From Candidatus Aenigmatarchaeota archaeon (GTDB lineage Archaea > Aenigmatarchaeota > Aenigmatarchaeia > GW2011-AR5): a DNA stretch of 64,000 bases. Position 1 is the first letter of the stretch, and each line of letters begins with the position of its first letter. The notes under the pieces are model-generated. The model was not told the DNA's origin and did no database searches. It saw only the letters and a list, made by a program, of their open reading frames with translations. The stretch covers positions 1,777 through 65,776 of the forward strand of contig JBHOSK010000001.1 of NCBI GenBank assembly GCA_042584825.1. Reading direction: 5' to 3'. Positions 1 through 11,058 of this stretch are shown piece by piece. The position numbers and the translations under genes were made by a program.

Positions 1-1409
1 CAGCAAAAATGATGGTAGAAATTGCAAAAACACAAGAAGATGAAGTAGGAGATGGTACAACAACAGCAGTTATTATAGCAGGCGAAATTCTAAAAAAAGC
101 AGAAAATCTTATGGAACAAAACATACATCCTACAATGATTATTCGTGGTTTTAGAGTAGGAAAAACGCAAGCACTTTCTTTCTTAGAAGAATTATCAGAA
201 AAAGTCGACATAAATAGCAGAGAAACACTAGAAAAAATAGCAATGACAGCAATGACAGGAAAAGGAAGTGAAGCAGCAATGGAATCTTTAGGAAAAATTG
301 CTGTTGAAGCAATACAGACAATTTCAGAAAAAGATGAAAATGGTATTACTGTAGATAAAGATAGTATAAAAATTGAAAAGAAACAAGGCGGTAGCATAAA
401 TGATACAGAACTAATAAAAGGTATTGTAATAGATAAAGAAGTTATCCATCCAAGCATGCCAAAGAAAGTAAAGAGCGCAAAAATAGCATTGCTCGATGCT
501 GCTATGGAAATAAAGGAAACAGAAACAAACGCAGAAATAAGAATAACAGATCCAAACCAATTACAGGCATTTGTTGAACAAGAAAGTAAAATGATAAAAA
601 AAATGGTACAAAAAGTAATAGATTCTGGTGCTAATGTTGTTTTCTGTCAAAAAGGTGTTGATGATTTAGCACAACACTACCTTGCAAAACAAAAAATAGC
701 TGTTGCAAGAAGAGTAAAGAAAAGTGATATGGAAAAACTTGCAAAAGCAACCGGAGCAAGAATAATATCAAGTATAGAAGAACTTGAAAAAGACGATCTT
801 GGATTTGCAGGATTAGTAGAAGAAAAGAAAATAGCAGGCGAAGAAATGATCTTTGTTGAAGAATGCAAGGATCCAAAAGCCGTTTCAATTCTAGTTCGTG
901 GTGGAACAGAACACGTTGTAGACGAAGCAAAAAGAGCAATGGACGACGCGGTTCTTGGAATAGTAGCAGCACTGGAAACAGGAAAAGTTGTCTACGGTGG
1001 TGGCGCTATTGAAATCGAACTATCAAGAAGATTGAAAAAATTCGCAGAAACAGTCGGTGGCCGCGAACAACTTGCTATTAACGCATTAGCAGAAGCAATT
1101 GAAATCGTACCAAGAACACTTGCAGAATCAACAGGAAAAGATCCAATTGACATTCTAGTTGAGTTAAGAACATCACACGAAAAAGGTGACGCTGGCCATG
1201 GTATAGATGTTATAAATTCAAAAATATCAGACATGAAAACTCTTGGTGTTGTAGAACCACTTAAAATTAAAACACAGGCAATAAAATCAGCTTCAGAAGC
1301 AGCTGAAATGATTCTGAGAATTGATGATGTTATAACATCAAGATCTGGTGGTGCACCAGCAATGCCTCCAGGAATGGGCGGCATGGGCGGAATGCCTGGA
1401 ATGGAGTAA
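1..1409 (+). CDS. ths: Thermosome (group II chaperonin) subunit, 5'-truncated by window edge
   Basis: GDGTTT ATP-binding motif, RGGTEHVVDE, GGM-rich C-terminal tail. Confidence 0.97.
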   Translation, partial: AKMMVEIAKTQEDEVGDGTTTAVIIAGEILKKAENLMEQNIHPTMIIRGFRVGKTQALSFLEELSEKVDINSRETLEKIAMTAMTGKGSEAAMESLGKIAVEAIQTISEKDENGITVDKDSIKIEKKQGGSINDTELIKGIVIDKEVIHPSMPKKVKSAKIALLDAAMEIKETETNAEIRITDPNQLQAFVEQESKMIKKMVQKVIDSGANVVFCQKGVDDLAQHYLAKQKIAVARRVKKSDMEKLAKATGARIISSIEELEKDDLGFAGLVEEKKIAGEEMIFVEECKDPKAVSILVRGGTEHVVDEAKRAMDDAVLGIVAALETGKVVYGGGAIEIELSRRLKKFAETVGGREQLAINALAEAIEIVPRTLAESTGKDPIDILVELRTSHEKGDAGHGIDVINSKISDMKTLGVVEPLKIKTQAIKSASEAAEMILRIDDVITSRSGGAPAMPPGMGGMGGMPGME

Positions 1410-1508
1410 GTTTTTCTTATTTTTTATTCCTCTTTCTTTTTTATTTAATTTCAAAAAAACCTATTTATACTGTAATGAAAATATAATTTATATACAGGTG
1501 TTATTCGC

Positions 1509-1913
1509 ATGGAAGATGAGTATGAACTTATTCCTTTGAGTCCAATTAGGAGACTAGAAAAAAGGCTTCAAAAGGTAGAAAAGAACGCAACCACAGGGGA
1601 AGTACTAGGAGAATTAATGGATATTATAAAAACAAACCAGCAAGTAGTTGATCATATGGCAAAAACAAACTCGATGCTCATAAACAGAATTACAGATTTA
1701 TCAAATGTAGTGGAAAAAATGATCACAAAGGTTGATGATTTTATTGAAAGAATTGAAACAGGCGAATCAGAAGAAGAGGAAAAGAAATCATCAGAAGAGG
1801 AAAACAAATTGAATGAAAGATTAGCTAAACTCGAAAAAAGATTAAATTCAACGCTTCTGACACAAATGGCAAAGACAGGAGCAGTTCCTAGAAGACCAAC
1901 CCCAATAGTATAG
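1509..1913 (+). CDS. Conserved archaeal coiled-coil hypothetical protein
   Basis: 134 aa ORF, AGGTG SD-like site upstream, heptad-rich. Confidence 0.75.
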   Translation: MEDEYELIPLSPIRRLEKRLQKVEKNATTGEVLGELMDIIKTNQQVVDHMAKTNSMLINRITDLSNVVEKMITKVDDFIERIETGESEEEEKKSSEEENKLNERLAKLEKRLNSTLLTQMAKTGAVPRRPTPIV

Positions 1914-1952
1914 TTGTTTTATTTTTTAATTATTGTTTAAATGTTGATGAAA

Positions 1953-2531
1953 ATGAAAGGCCAACAAGATGTATTGTCGACAATTCTAATTTCAGGTATA
2001 CTTATAGCAGTAGTCGGATCAGTGTATTTCTGGGGAGTACCCCTTATAGAGAAGAATCAAGACATATCGATACTACAAAACTCAGAAGATTTTATGAATA
2101 GTTTAAATTCTAAAATAAAGTTTATTGCCAACAATGGTGGAAAAGACCAACTAAGAATAACTATACCAGGAACGCTAGAGATATCTGGTGAAGAAATACA
2201 AATGACCGTGGACACAAAAGGAACAATATACGCAGCTGAAGCCGAAATTCCTTTAGGAAGAAATGAATGTCCTAGAGTAGATGGGGTATGGGGATTACAC
2301 GAATCCCATGTATTTTGCGTAAAAAGCAATAAAATAGATGACACCAAAATAACAACAACATATTCTTTGAAATACATCGAACTCGATGCACCCGATTCTG
2401 GAAAAAAATACAAAATAGAAGCTACCGGAGAGTCTATTGGTAGTACAGAGAGAACAGTTGTTATAGAAAATCTGGGAATTTTTGAAGAAAGTGGGATAAC
2501 AAAAACAAGATTAAGATTAGATATAGTATAG
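1953..2531 (+). CDS. Type IV pilin-like protein (class III signal peptide)
   Basis: MKG/QQ followed by a hydrophobic helix; upstream of the pilus ATPase. Confidence 0.8.
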   Translation: MKGQQDVLSTILISGILIAVVGSVYFWGVPLIEKNQDISILQNSEDFMNSLNSKIKFIANNGGKDQLRITIPGTLEISGEEIQMTVDTKGTIYAAEAEIPLGRNECPRVDGVWGLHESHVFCVKSNKIDDTKITTTYSLKYIELDAPDSGKKYKIEATGESIGSTERTVVIENLGIFEESGITKTRLRLDIV

Positions 2532-2566
2532 AAAATTTATTAATTCTAGAAAACAAATTAAATATA

Positions 2567-2995
2567 ATGAAAGGACAGCATAGAATAATAAGAGAGATTT
2601 TTTTATTCGCTATAGGTGTCGCAATAACGAGCTTTATTGTACTTTCTTTCAACAATGTTCAATATGCTACAAATAAACTAGCAATGAACGATCAGATGAC
2701 CTCTGTTTCCAATCTTGTAACATCAGGAATAATAAAAGCCACAGAATCTGAAGAATCCATAATTAGGATAGAAATACCAGAAAAAATGTCAGGAGAAACT
2801 TATATAATAAATATTGATGGTAATGATGGCGAAATTATAGTATCACTTTTTGATGATCCGAGTATAAATTTGACAAAAAAAATCTTTAATATTAATCAAG
2901 ACTATTTTATGACAGGTAACGTAATAAGTACAGCCAGATTTTTTGAAATAACTAGAGAAGGGAATAACATAAAAATAAAGAGGTCTGTGATATGA
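2567..2995 (+). CDS. Type IV pilin-like protein (class III signal peptide)
   Basis: MKG/Q...E followed by a hydrophobic helix. Confidence 0.8.
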   Translation: MKGQHRIIREIFLFAIGVAITSFIVLSFNNVQYATNKLAMNDQMTSVSNLVTSGIIKATESEESIIRIEIPEKMSGETYIINIDGNDGEIIVSLFDDPSINLTKKIFNINQDYFMTGNVISTARFFEITREGNNIKIKRSVI

Positions 2996-4803
2996 AGTTT
3001 AAATTTAAAACAGGAAAAGGATCCATACATCTTAATCTGAAAGAAAAGAAAGAGGAAAAGAAAGACGATATAAATATAGGACATTTTGCAACACCCATTG
3101 CAGGATCAAAAGGTGGGCTTAATATACCAGGCTTACAGTCAACAATAGGCGGGGTATCATTTGGTGGCGGTGGTGAAACACCGAGCTTTGAGGACTCAAA
3201 GGAGCTTACAATAAAAGGAATAGGGTTACCCGACTTTAAATCAGATGTCGAATCAGAACTAATAGAAAAAGAATTCAAGTTAACAGAAGAAGAAACTACA
3301 GGAGAATTGAAAACAATAAACATAAAATACCCACTTATTCCTAAAAATCCTAAACAGGGTGAAACAGTGTACGCATACACCCATATTTTTTGGGATGATC
3401 AATTACGTGAACTTGTTTATCATCTAATAGAACCAAAAATAGATGAAAGTGTTAGTGAAAAAATAATGGATATTAAAAATTATATTGAAGAAAAAATAGA
3501 TATCGATTTTTCATCTGTAAGAAAAAAAGAAGCAGTTGAATATTTGGAAAAAATATTCAAAAAATCAGTTGAATATTTCGGTATAAGAAAAGATCAATAT
3601 GATATATTAAAATATTTCATATTCAGGGATTTCATAGGTTTAGAAAAAATAGAGCCAATGCTCAATGACAGATATATAGAAGATATATCTTGTGATGGAA
3701 TAAATATACCAATATACGTTTATCATAGAGATCCTAAAATAGGTTCTATAAGAACAAACATAAGTTTTGATTCTGGAGATGAAGTAGATTCTTTTGTAAA
3801 CAAACTTGCAGAGAGAACAGGAAAAGTTATATCTGTAGCAAAACCACTATTAGACGGAACACTTCCTGATGGGTCCAGGGTACAAGCAACACTAGGAAGT
3901 GATATAGCTCGTCAAGGATCAAATTTTACAATTAGAATGTTTACAGAGAGACCGATGACACCAACAGATATGATATTGTTTAACACATGTAACATAAAAA
4001 CAATGGCCTATCTTTGGTTTTTAATCGAACACGGCGCAAGCATATTAATTTCTGGTGGAACCGCAACAGGAAAAACAACACTATTGAATGTGCTATCACT
4101 ATTCATTAAACCACAAATGAAAATTGTAAGCATTGAAGATACAGCAGAACTAAGATTACCACACTCACACTGGATTCCTGAGGTTGCAAGATCAGCTGTA
4201 TCTGATGAGACTGGAAAAGGGAATGTTGACATGTTCGACTTACTTCGTGAATCACTAAGACAAAGACCCGATCATATCATTGTAGGAGAAGTACGAGGTA
4301 AAGAAGCATATGTTCTATTCCAACAGATGGCTGTAGGTCATCCAGGAATATCTACAATACACGCCGAAAGCTTCCCTAAATTAATTGATAGATTAACCAC
4401 ACAGCCAATAAATCTTACAGCAAGCCTTATTCAGAATCTTGATATAATTATTTTTACAAAAAGAATAAAGAAAGGTAACAAATATGTGAGAAGAATAAAC
4501 AATATTCTCGAGGTTCTTGGTTATGATAGAAAGACAAAATATCCTAAAGTTAACCAACTATTTAAATGGAGCCCAAAAACAGATTCAATTGACGCTGTAG
4601 GTAATAGCGTTCTTATGAAAAAAGTGTCAGAACTATTAAACAAAAATGATAACGAAATAAAAGAAGAAATAATAAAAAGATCAAAAGTTCTCGAATGGAT
4701 GGTAGCGAACAATGTTAGAGATTATGTGAAAATAGGTAAAATATTAAACATGTTTTATAACTCATCCGAGATGTTGATGGAGAGAATAGAGGCTAGTGTA
4801 TGA
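2992..4803 (+). CDS. Type II/IV secretion (FlaI/VirB11-like) pilus assembly ATPase
   Basis: Walker A GGTATGKT, SIEDTAE, LRQRPD.IIVGEVRG, His box GHPGISTIHA. Confidence 0.95.
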   Translation: MKFKFKTGKGSIHLNLKEKKEEKKDDINIGHFATPIAGSKGGLNIPGLQSTIGGVSFGGGGETPSFEDSKELTIKGIGLPDFKSDVESELIEKEFKLTEEETTGELKTINIKYPLIPKNPKQGETVYAYTHIFWDDQLRELVYHLIEPKIDESVSEKIMDIKNYIEEKIDIDFSSVRKKEAVEYLEKIFKKSVEYFGIRKDQYDILKYFIFRDFIGLEKIEPMLNDRYIEDISCDGINIPIYVYHRDPKIGSIRTNISFDSGDEVDSFVNKLAERTGKVISVAKPLLDGTLPDGSRVQATLGSDIARQGSNFTIRMFTERPMTPTDMILFNTCNIKTMAYLWFLIEHGASILISGGTATGKTTLLNVLSLFIKPQMKIVSIEDTAELRLPHSHWIPEVARSAVSDETGKGNVDMFDLLRESLRQRPDHIIVGEVRGKEAYVLFQQMAVGHPGISTIHAESFPKLIDRLTTQPINLTASLIQNLDIIIFTKRIKKGNKYVRRINNILEVLGYDRKTKYPKVNQLFKWSPKTDSIDAVGNSVLMKKVSELLNKNDNEIKEEIIKRSKVLEWMVANNVRDYVKIGKILNMFYNSSEMLMERIEASV

Positions 4804-5657
4804 GCTATGCAGCCTTTGCGGCCGGGATTTTTGGAAAATTTACAAAAAATCTTAGTATACACTTTCTAGATATAAGAGAAGATTTGCATAGAGCAAACAT
4901 GAACTATACGATAGATGAATATCTATCTATGGCAATTTTAACAACAGTAATTACATATATTTCTGAAATGTTTCTATTATCATTCATATTCGCTTTATTT
5001 ATTGATCCTATTTTAGCAGTGCCTCTATCATTTACATTATCTATGGGATTAAGCTCATTCATATTCTTTTTGTTTTATTCATATCCAGCAACACTATCCA
5101 GAAACAGAAGCAATAAAATTAAAAAAGTACTGCCTTTTGCAATATCATATTTAGGCTCATTGGCAAGTTCCAAACTACCACCAATAACAATGTTTAAAAC
5201 ACTGGCAACATTCAAAGAATATGGAGAAATAGCAAAAGAAGCCGACACAATTGTAAGAAATGTAGAATTATTTGGAATGAGTTTTTCTAACGCACTGAAA
5301 AGACAGGCAAAAAGGACACCATCAGCAGAATTCAGCGATTTTCTTTGGGGATTGAATACAATATCAACATCGGGTGGTAGTATGGTAACATACCTATCCC
5401 AGAAATCAAACGAAATGATGAATGATTATAAAAGACGAATTAGAAAATATTCACAAGATCTTTCACTTTACGTCGAAATATATCTTACCCTGGTAATAAC
5501 AGGATCAATATTTTTCATAGTTTTATCATCAGTAATAACAACACTATCAGGAGGTACAGGTACAATTGCACTTCAAACATTCGTGGTTTTCCTTCTATTA
5601 CCACTGTTATCAATAGGCTTTATTGTGTTAATAAAATCAGCCTCACCAACCGAATAA
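4800..5657 (+). CDS. Type II secretion system F (TadB/TadC-like) membrane platform protein
   Basis: TM pairs, LPFAISYL and RTPS motifs; overlaps the ATPase stop codon. Confidence 0.9.
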   Translation: MSYAAFAAGIFGKFTKNLSIHFLDIREDLHRANMNYTIDEYLSMAILTTVITYISEMFLLSFIFALFIDPILAVPLSFTLSMGLSSFIFFLFYSYPATLSRNRSNKIKKVLPFAISYLGSLASSKLPPITMFKTLATFKEYGEIAKEADTIVRNVELFGMSFSNALKRQAKRTPSAEFSDFLWGLNTISTSGGSMVTYLSQKSNEMMNDYKRRIRKYSQDLSLYVEIYLTLVITGSIFFIVLSSVITTLSGGTGTIALQTFVVFLLLPLLSIGFIVLIKSASPTE

Positions 5658-5720
5658 CTCGTGTTCTTAGGAAATTACACAAAAGGTAAACTTTTTTATT
5701 AGGTAAAACAAGGTAGTTAT

Positions 5721-6659
5721 ATGAATGAACGCAAAGTTTTAGTTATATCTGCAATCATATTTGCAATATTACTGGTATCGGCATTTATTTTCATGGATAA
5801 TTTAGCAATATCTACTAATTTACTTATCGCAGGAGTTATGGTGTTGATATTCCCTTATTATATATTCAAATTTTTCCAATACAAAAGACTGAAAGCATAT
5901 GAAAAACATTTTCCAAATTTTCTAAGAGATCTCGCAGAATCACAACGAGCAGGACTGACAATATTACAGGCTATAAAAAATTCAGCAAAATCAGATTATG
6001 GTTCACTTACAGACGAAGTTAGAAAATTACATCATCAAGTAAGTTGGAACATACCTCTTGATAAAGCGATAAGCAACATCATGAATAGGATGAAAGGAAG
6101 TCGAACGATTAGAAGAGCATTTATGATAATATCCCAAGCACAAAGATCAGGAGGAAACATAGAAAATACAATGGACGCATTAGCTAACAATATAGAGAAT
6201 ATACGAGAAGTTCAGGAAGAAAAAGCAACACTACTAAATCAACAAGTAATAATGATGTATGCAATATTTTTCATATTTCTTGGAATAAGTATGGCACTGA
6301 TTAAGTTTATGATACCTCTTTTACAAACACAAGTTGAAACACAATCATCAGCATTCGGTATTGGAGATTTCCAGGCAAATCCATGTTTACCTTGTTTAGA
6401 AACACAAAACTTTGCTTGTATAGGGTGTAATGTATTTTTTGGTGTATCAAACGCATTTGATTTTGGATCAGTCGATGACCCCGCGGCGTACTATAGGTCG
6501 TTATTCTTCACTATGGTAATAGTACAGGGGTTCTTTTCGGGGCTTATTGCTGGACAAATTGGTTCAGATTCTGTATTAGCTGGTGTAAGACACTCCCTAA
6601 TAATGCTAGTAGTAGGGTTTTTCTCGTTTATCATAACAACGAGGATAGGAATAATATAG
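5721..6659 (+). CDS. Type II secretion system F (TadC-like) membrane platform protein
   Basis: FPNFLRDLAES..AG, YGSL, QGFFSGLIAG. Confidence 0.9.
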   Translation: MNERKVLVISAIIFAILLVSAFIFMDNLAISTNLLIAGVMVLIFPYYIFKFFQYKRLKAYEKHFPNFLRDLAESQRAGLTILQAIKNSAKSDYGSLTDEVRKLHHQVSWNIPLDKAISNIMNRMKGSRTIRRAFMIISQAQRSGGNIENTMDALANNIENIREVQEEKATLLNQQVIMMYAIFFIFLGISMALIKFMIPLLQTQVETQSSAFGIGDFQANPCLPCLETQNFACIGCNVFFGVSNAFDFGSVDDPAAYYRSLFFTMVIVQGFFSGLIAGQIGSDSVLAGVRHSLIMLVVGFFSFIITTRIGII

Positions 6660-6683
6660 AAGTTTTCTGTAAGTGTGATCAAT

Positions 6684-7175
6684 ATGAGTAAAAAAGGTAT
6701 AACAAATTTTGAATTTGTATTAGCACTCTTCGTATTTTTGAGTACAGTATCCTTTGTCGCAATTACAATAATAAACAAAGTTCCTAATATTCACATGGAT
6801 GCTGTTGGTGATGAAATAAAAACCTCATCATACTACATTTCACAAATGCTTATGTTTGATGAAGGACTTCCAGTGGACTGGGAAACCCTACCAGATCCAG
6901 AAAATATACAAAGGTTTGGATTTTCTTCAGGAAATTATTATGAAATAGATACCAACAAACTAGCGGCGTTTCAGGCCCTGTGCCTTACAGAAACAGGAAG
7001 AACCAAAATAATCGAAGAATTAGGATACATGATAATAAACATTTCAGAAACAGACGGTACAACAAGACTTTATTGTGATGTTGGTAGTCCAATTTTGGAT
7101 TTCAATTTACAGAGACACGCATTCCTACCAGCACCCGACAATGAAGTTATAAATATAAATATAGCAGCGGGATGA
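6684..7175 (+). CDS. Minor pilin-like protein
   Basis: KKG/ITNFEF class III signal peptide. Confidence 0.75.
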   Translation: MSKKGITNFEFVLALFVFLSTVSFVAITIINKVPNIHMDAVGDEIKTSSYYISQMLMFDEGLPVDWETLPDPENIQRFGFSSGNYYEIDTNKLAAFQALCLTETGRTKIIEELGYMIINISETDGTTRLYCDVGSPILDFNLQRHAFLPAPDNEVININIAAG

Positions 7176-7177
7176 TT

Positions 7178-8284
7178 ATGAAAGGTATAATAAGAATATT
7201 CGAAGCAATAATAGCTTCTGTAATTTTACTGACAACAATGTCGTTTTTCTTTACGTCACAATTTCTACCAGAGACTGAAGATTATTTTCTTCCAGTAGAA
7301 GCACACGATCTTATGGGAGCGCTTTACGTTAGTCAACAACTGGAAAATTATTTAATCAATAACGATAAGGAATCCTTAATGCTCGTTGCAAATGATACGT
7401 TACCACCAACAACGGGATTTTCCTTTGGCATTTCAGGAACACCCGGAAACAACATATATGTAGCATGCAACTGCACCGATACAGAATTAGTTGATGTAAG
7501 AAGGATGCTAAATATTACATTAACATCACCATGGACTTTTAATTTTATATACAAAGAAAGAGACATAACAATACACCTAGAACAAATTGATATGGAAGAT
7601 TCAATACCAGATCAAACCAACATAATAATTTTCTACACCTACCAGGATTTGTCACCATACAGAGATATAATAGATACATTTCTAGAATCTGGTGGCAGCC
7701 TAATTATGATATCTAATCTAGATCAGACCCAAACTGAAAACGAAGTTATGAATGAAATATTTGGTTTAGAATGGAATAATTTGCCGCCTGCTTCACCAGG
7801 AACCTTTTATGAAATAGATGATCCTGTAAATACATCGTTTAAAATATACAGTTATTTCACAGGAACCACCCAAGACTATGAAGATATTTTAATTGAAGGA
7901 ACTTTTGAAAATAATATTTTTGATGAACTTTCTAGAGTATCAGTTAACAATAGAACAATAATTCAAGACAATAATGGTGACAATTCATTCGTAAAGATAA
8001 AAGACAATATCGCAGACAACGGAAAAGGAAAATCTGTTTGGTTAGCAGAATATACCATATACCAAGAAGATGATTTACCCAACATAAATAAAACATACCA
8101 CGTAAACGATATGCTTAGAGCTACGATAATGTGGGCTTCTAGTGATTATTATAATATGGATTATCCAGTTGAGAAACCAACACCAGACAAAAAAATAAAA
8201 ACAAGCGTTTTAAGTGCTGGCCACGGCACCAATTTTGATCCATTTGAAGCATTTTTAACAACGTGGAGAATATTCTTCTTCTAG
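7178..8284 (+). CDS. Large pilin-like/pilus-associated protein
   Basis: MKG/IIRIFEA class III signal peptide, acidic extracellular domain. Confidence 0.75.
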   Translation: MKGIIRIFEAIIASVILLTTMSFFFTSQFLPETEDYFLPVEAHDLMGALYVSQQLENYLINNDKESLMLVANDTLPPTTGFSFGISGTPGNNIYVACNCTDTELVDVRRMLNITLTSPWTFNFIYKERDITIHLEQIDMEDSIPDQTNIIIFYTYQDLSPYRDIIDTFLESGGSLIMISNLDQTQTENEVMNEIFGLEWNNLPPASPGTFYEIDDPVNTSFKIYSYFTGTTQDYEDILIEGTFENNIFDELSRVSVNNRTIIQDNNGDNSFVKIKDNIADNGKGKSVWLAEYTIYQEDDLPNINKTYHVNDMLRATIMWASSDYYNMDYPVEKPTPDKKIKTSVLSAGHGTNFDPFEAFLTTWRIFFF

Positions 8285-8363
8285 GTTTATTATATTCCAA
8301 AAGGATACAATATATATATAAATAGAAAGAATGATATATTCTGTGTAACTTTTCGTATTAAAA

Positions 8364-9986
8364 TTGGTGATATTGTTGATTAAAAAAACAGCTGAAGATT
8401 TTGCAAAAGAACAAAAGGAAATAAGTGTCAGTGAATTTTTTGAAAAAAATAAGCATCTTTTAGGATTTGATAATCCTACTAAGGCATTATTGATGGCAGT
8501 AAAAGAAGCTGTAGATAATTCACTTGACGCAACAGAAGAAGCCGGTATCCTACCTGATATTGGTGTAAGGATAAAACAAACAGGTGAAGACAAACACAGA
8601 GTAAGTATCCAAGACAACGGACCGGGTATTGTGAAACAACACATACCAAACATATTTGGTAAACTATTATACGGAAGTAAATTTCATCGTTTAAGACAAT
8701 CAAGGGGTCAACAAGGTATAGGTATAAGTGCAGTTCTACTATACTCCCAATTAACTACAGGAAAATCAACCAAGGTTTGGTCAAGAATAGGAAAAGACAA
8801 ACCAATGAATTATTACGAACTTTTAATGAACACAATGAAAAATGAACCACAGATTATTAAAGAAGAACTGGTTGATAATGGTTTTGAAAACGGCACAAAA
8901 GTCCAATTAGAACTATTAGGAAGATATAGAAAAACGCAAAGTGTTGGTGATTATATAAAACAAACATCAATTGCAAACCCCTTTGCAAAAATTTCATATA
9001 CTGGTCCCGATGGAGTAAGAAAAACGTTCCCAAGAAGTGTTAATGAATTGCCAACCCCACCAAGAGAAATAAAAATACATCCGTATGGTGTTGAGTTTGG
9101 AGTTCTATTAAGAATGCTAGGTAGAACAAAAACAAAAACAATACAGGCTTTCTTGACAAATGAATTTTCATCAATAGGTGCAACATCAGCAAAAGAAATA
9201 TGTAAAGTAGCAAAACTTAAACCGAACGAAAAACCAGGATCATTAGAAAGAGAATCTATAGAAAAACTAATAAGAGGAATGCAGAAAGTAAAAGTTCAGC
9301 GTCCTCCTTTAGATTGTTTATCTCCTATTGGAGATATAGAATTTGAAAAAAGTTTAAGAAAAGAATATCCAGATGCAGAATTTATAGCAACCGGTGTTCG
9401 TGAACCAAGTGTTTACAAAGGAAACCCATTCCAAATAGAAGTTGGAATTGTTTATGGTAAGAAGCAGGATAAAATAGACGACGATGATGAAGATGTAATA
9501 GAAGATAGAAATCAGATAAAGATAATGCGATTTGCAAACAGAGTACCACTGCTTTATCAAGCAGGTGCGTGTGCAACCATCGAATCAATTAAAACAACGG
9601 CGTGGAAAAGATACGGTCTCACACAATCAGGAAATAACATACCATATGGACCAATGATATTGGTTATTCACATGTGTTCTGTTTGGGTACCATTTATATC
9701 AGAAAGTAAAGAAGCAATTGCACCATATCCTGAAATTGTTAAGGAGATGAGATTAGCTATTCAAGACACGGGAAGAAAACTGTCTCGTTATTTATCTGGT
9801 AAACGTCGTGCAGGCGAACAACAAAGAAGAATACAAATATTCGAAAGATATTCTTCAGAAGTTGCAACTGCAGTATCAGTTTTGACAGAAAAAGACAAAA
9901 AAATGATAGAAAAGAAAATGCAAGATTTAGTTAAAAGTAGATCAAAATCAAAAGAAACAGGTGAAAAAAATGAAAACCAAGAGTGA
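8364..9986 (+). CDS. top6B: DNA topoisomerase VI subunit B
   Basis: GHKL motifs EAVDNSLDA, DNGPG, SRGQQGIG; RFANRVPL (exact start uncertain). Confidence 0.97.
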   Translation: MVILLIKKTAEDFAKEQKEISVSEFFEKNKHLLGFDNPTKALLMAVKEAVDNSLDATEEAGILPDIGVRIKQTGEDKHRVSIQDNGPGIVKQHIPNIFGKLLYGSKFHRLRQSRGQQGIGISAVLLYSQLTTGKSTKVWSRIGKDKPMNYYELLMNTMKNEPQIIKEELVDNGFENGTKVQLELLGRYRKTQSVGDYIKQTSIANPFAKISYTGPDGVRKTFPRSVNELPTPPREIKIHPYGVEFGVLLRMLGRTKTKTIQAFLTNEFSSIGATSAKEICKVAKLKPNEKPGSLERESIEKLIRGMQKVKVQRPPLDCLSPIGDIEFEKSLRKEYPDAEFIATGVREPSVYKGNPFQIEVGIVYGKKQDKIDDDDEDVIEDRNQIKIMRFANRVPLLYQAGACATIESIKTTAWKRYGLTQSGNNIPYGPMILVIHMCSVWVPFISESKEAIAPYPEIVKEMRLAIQDTGRKLSRYLSGKRRAGEQQRRIQIFERYSSEVATAVSVLTEKDKKMIEKKMQDLVKSRSKSKETGEKNENQE

Positions 9987-11058
9987 AAAAAGAATTAACG
10001 AACGATTGAAAAAAATGGGTGACGATATACTGGCACACATTGAAAAAAAAGAAAATCCTAATTTAGAAATACCTCTACGTACACTATCCAATGTAATTTT
10101 TGATAAAAATACCCACACACTCAGACTTGGTGATAAAGCATCAAAAAGATATTTTTTCAATGTTGCACATTCTAAAAAATTCATGCAGACTTTAATGGTG
10201 GCTGCATTTTGTAAAAGTTTAAGAGCTGAGGATATACACGCAAGTATCAGAGAAATGTATTACAGTTTAAAGAGAACACTATCCGAAAGTAAGGAAAACA
10301 CCTTTGATGAACAATCAGAATCAGACCCAGTTATTATAGATCTCGAAGTTGCATTAGACGTGATAAGAGAAAATCTTCATTTAACTGCTGATAGACGAGG
10401 TTCTGTTGCTGGTAATGGAAGTATTGTAGATAGAGGAGATACAATAGACTGGTCGAAACTAGGAAGTGGTGGTTGGTCAATACCATCAACAACAAATGAA
10501 ATTGGGATAAATAAAATGAATGCAGATTTTGTTTTAGTAATCGAGAAAAACGCAGCATTTGATAGATTAAATGAAGACAAATTTTGGAAAAAACATAAGT
10601 GTATCTTAATAGGTACACAAGGTCAACCATCTCGTGGTGCACGTCTTCTGATACAACGACTAAATCAAGAAGCAAAATTACCTGTTTACGTTATGACAGA
10701 TGCAGATTCTTATGGGTTTTATATTTATTCTGTTATAAAATCGGGATCTATTGGTCTAGCGCATGTATCTGACAGAATATCAACACCAGCAGCCAAATTC
10801 ATAGGACTTACAATGTCAGACATATACGATTTTGATCTAAAAAATGTTACAATAAAGGCAAGAGAAAGGGACATAAAACGTGCTAAAGAACTAATGAATT
10901 ATGAATGGTTCAAAAAACCAGAATGGCAAAGAGAATTAAAATTAATGATCAAGAAAGGAGTAAAGGCAGAGATTGAAGCTTTAGCAAACAAAAGTCTAAA
11001 ATTCCTAACAGAAGACTATTTGCCAGAAAAAATCAAAAACAAAGAATTTTTAGATTAA
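9970..11058 (+). CDS. top6A: DNA topoisomerase VI subunit A
   Basis: SIREMYY catalytic Tyr, TOPRIM IEK and TDADSYG. Confidence 0.97.
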   Translation: MKTKSEKRINERLKKMGDDILAHIEKKENPNLEIPLRTLSNVIFDKNTHTLRLGDKASKRYFFNVAHSKKFMQTLMVAAFCKSLRAEDIHASIREMYYSLKRTLSESKENTFDEQSESDPVIIDLEVALDVIRENLHLTADRRGSVAGNGSIVDRGDTIDWSKLGSGGWSIPSTTNEIGINKMNADFVLVIEKNAAFDRLNEDKFWKKHKCILIGTQGQPSRGARLLIQRLNQEAKLPVYVMTDADSYGFYIYSVIKSGSIGLAHVSDRISTPAAKFIGLTMSDIYDFDLKNVTIKARERDIKRAKELMNYEWFKKPEWQRELKLMIKKGVKAEIEALANKSLKFLTEDYLPEKIKNKEFLD

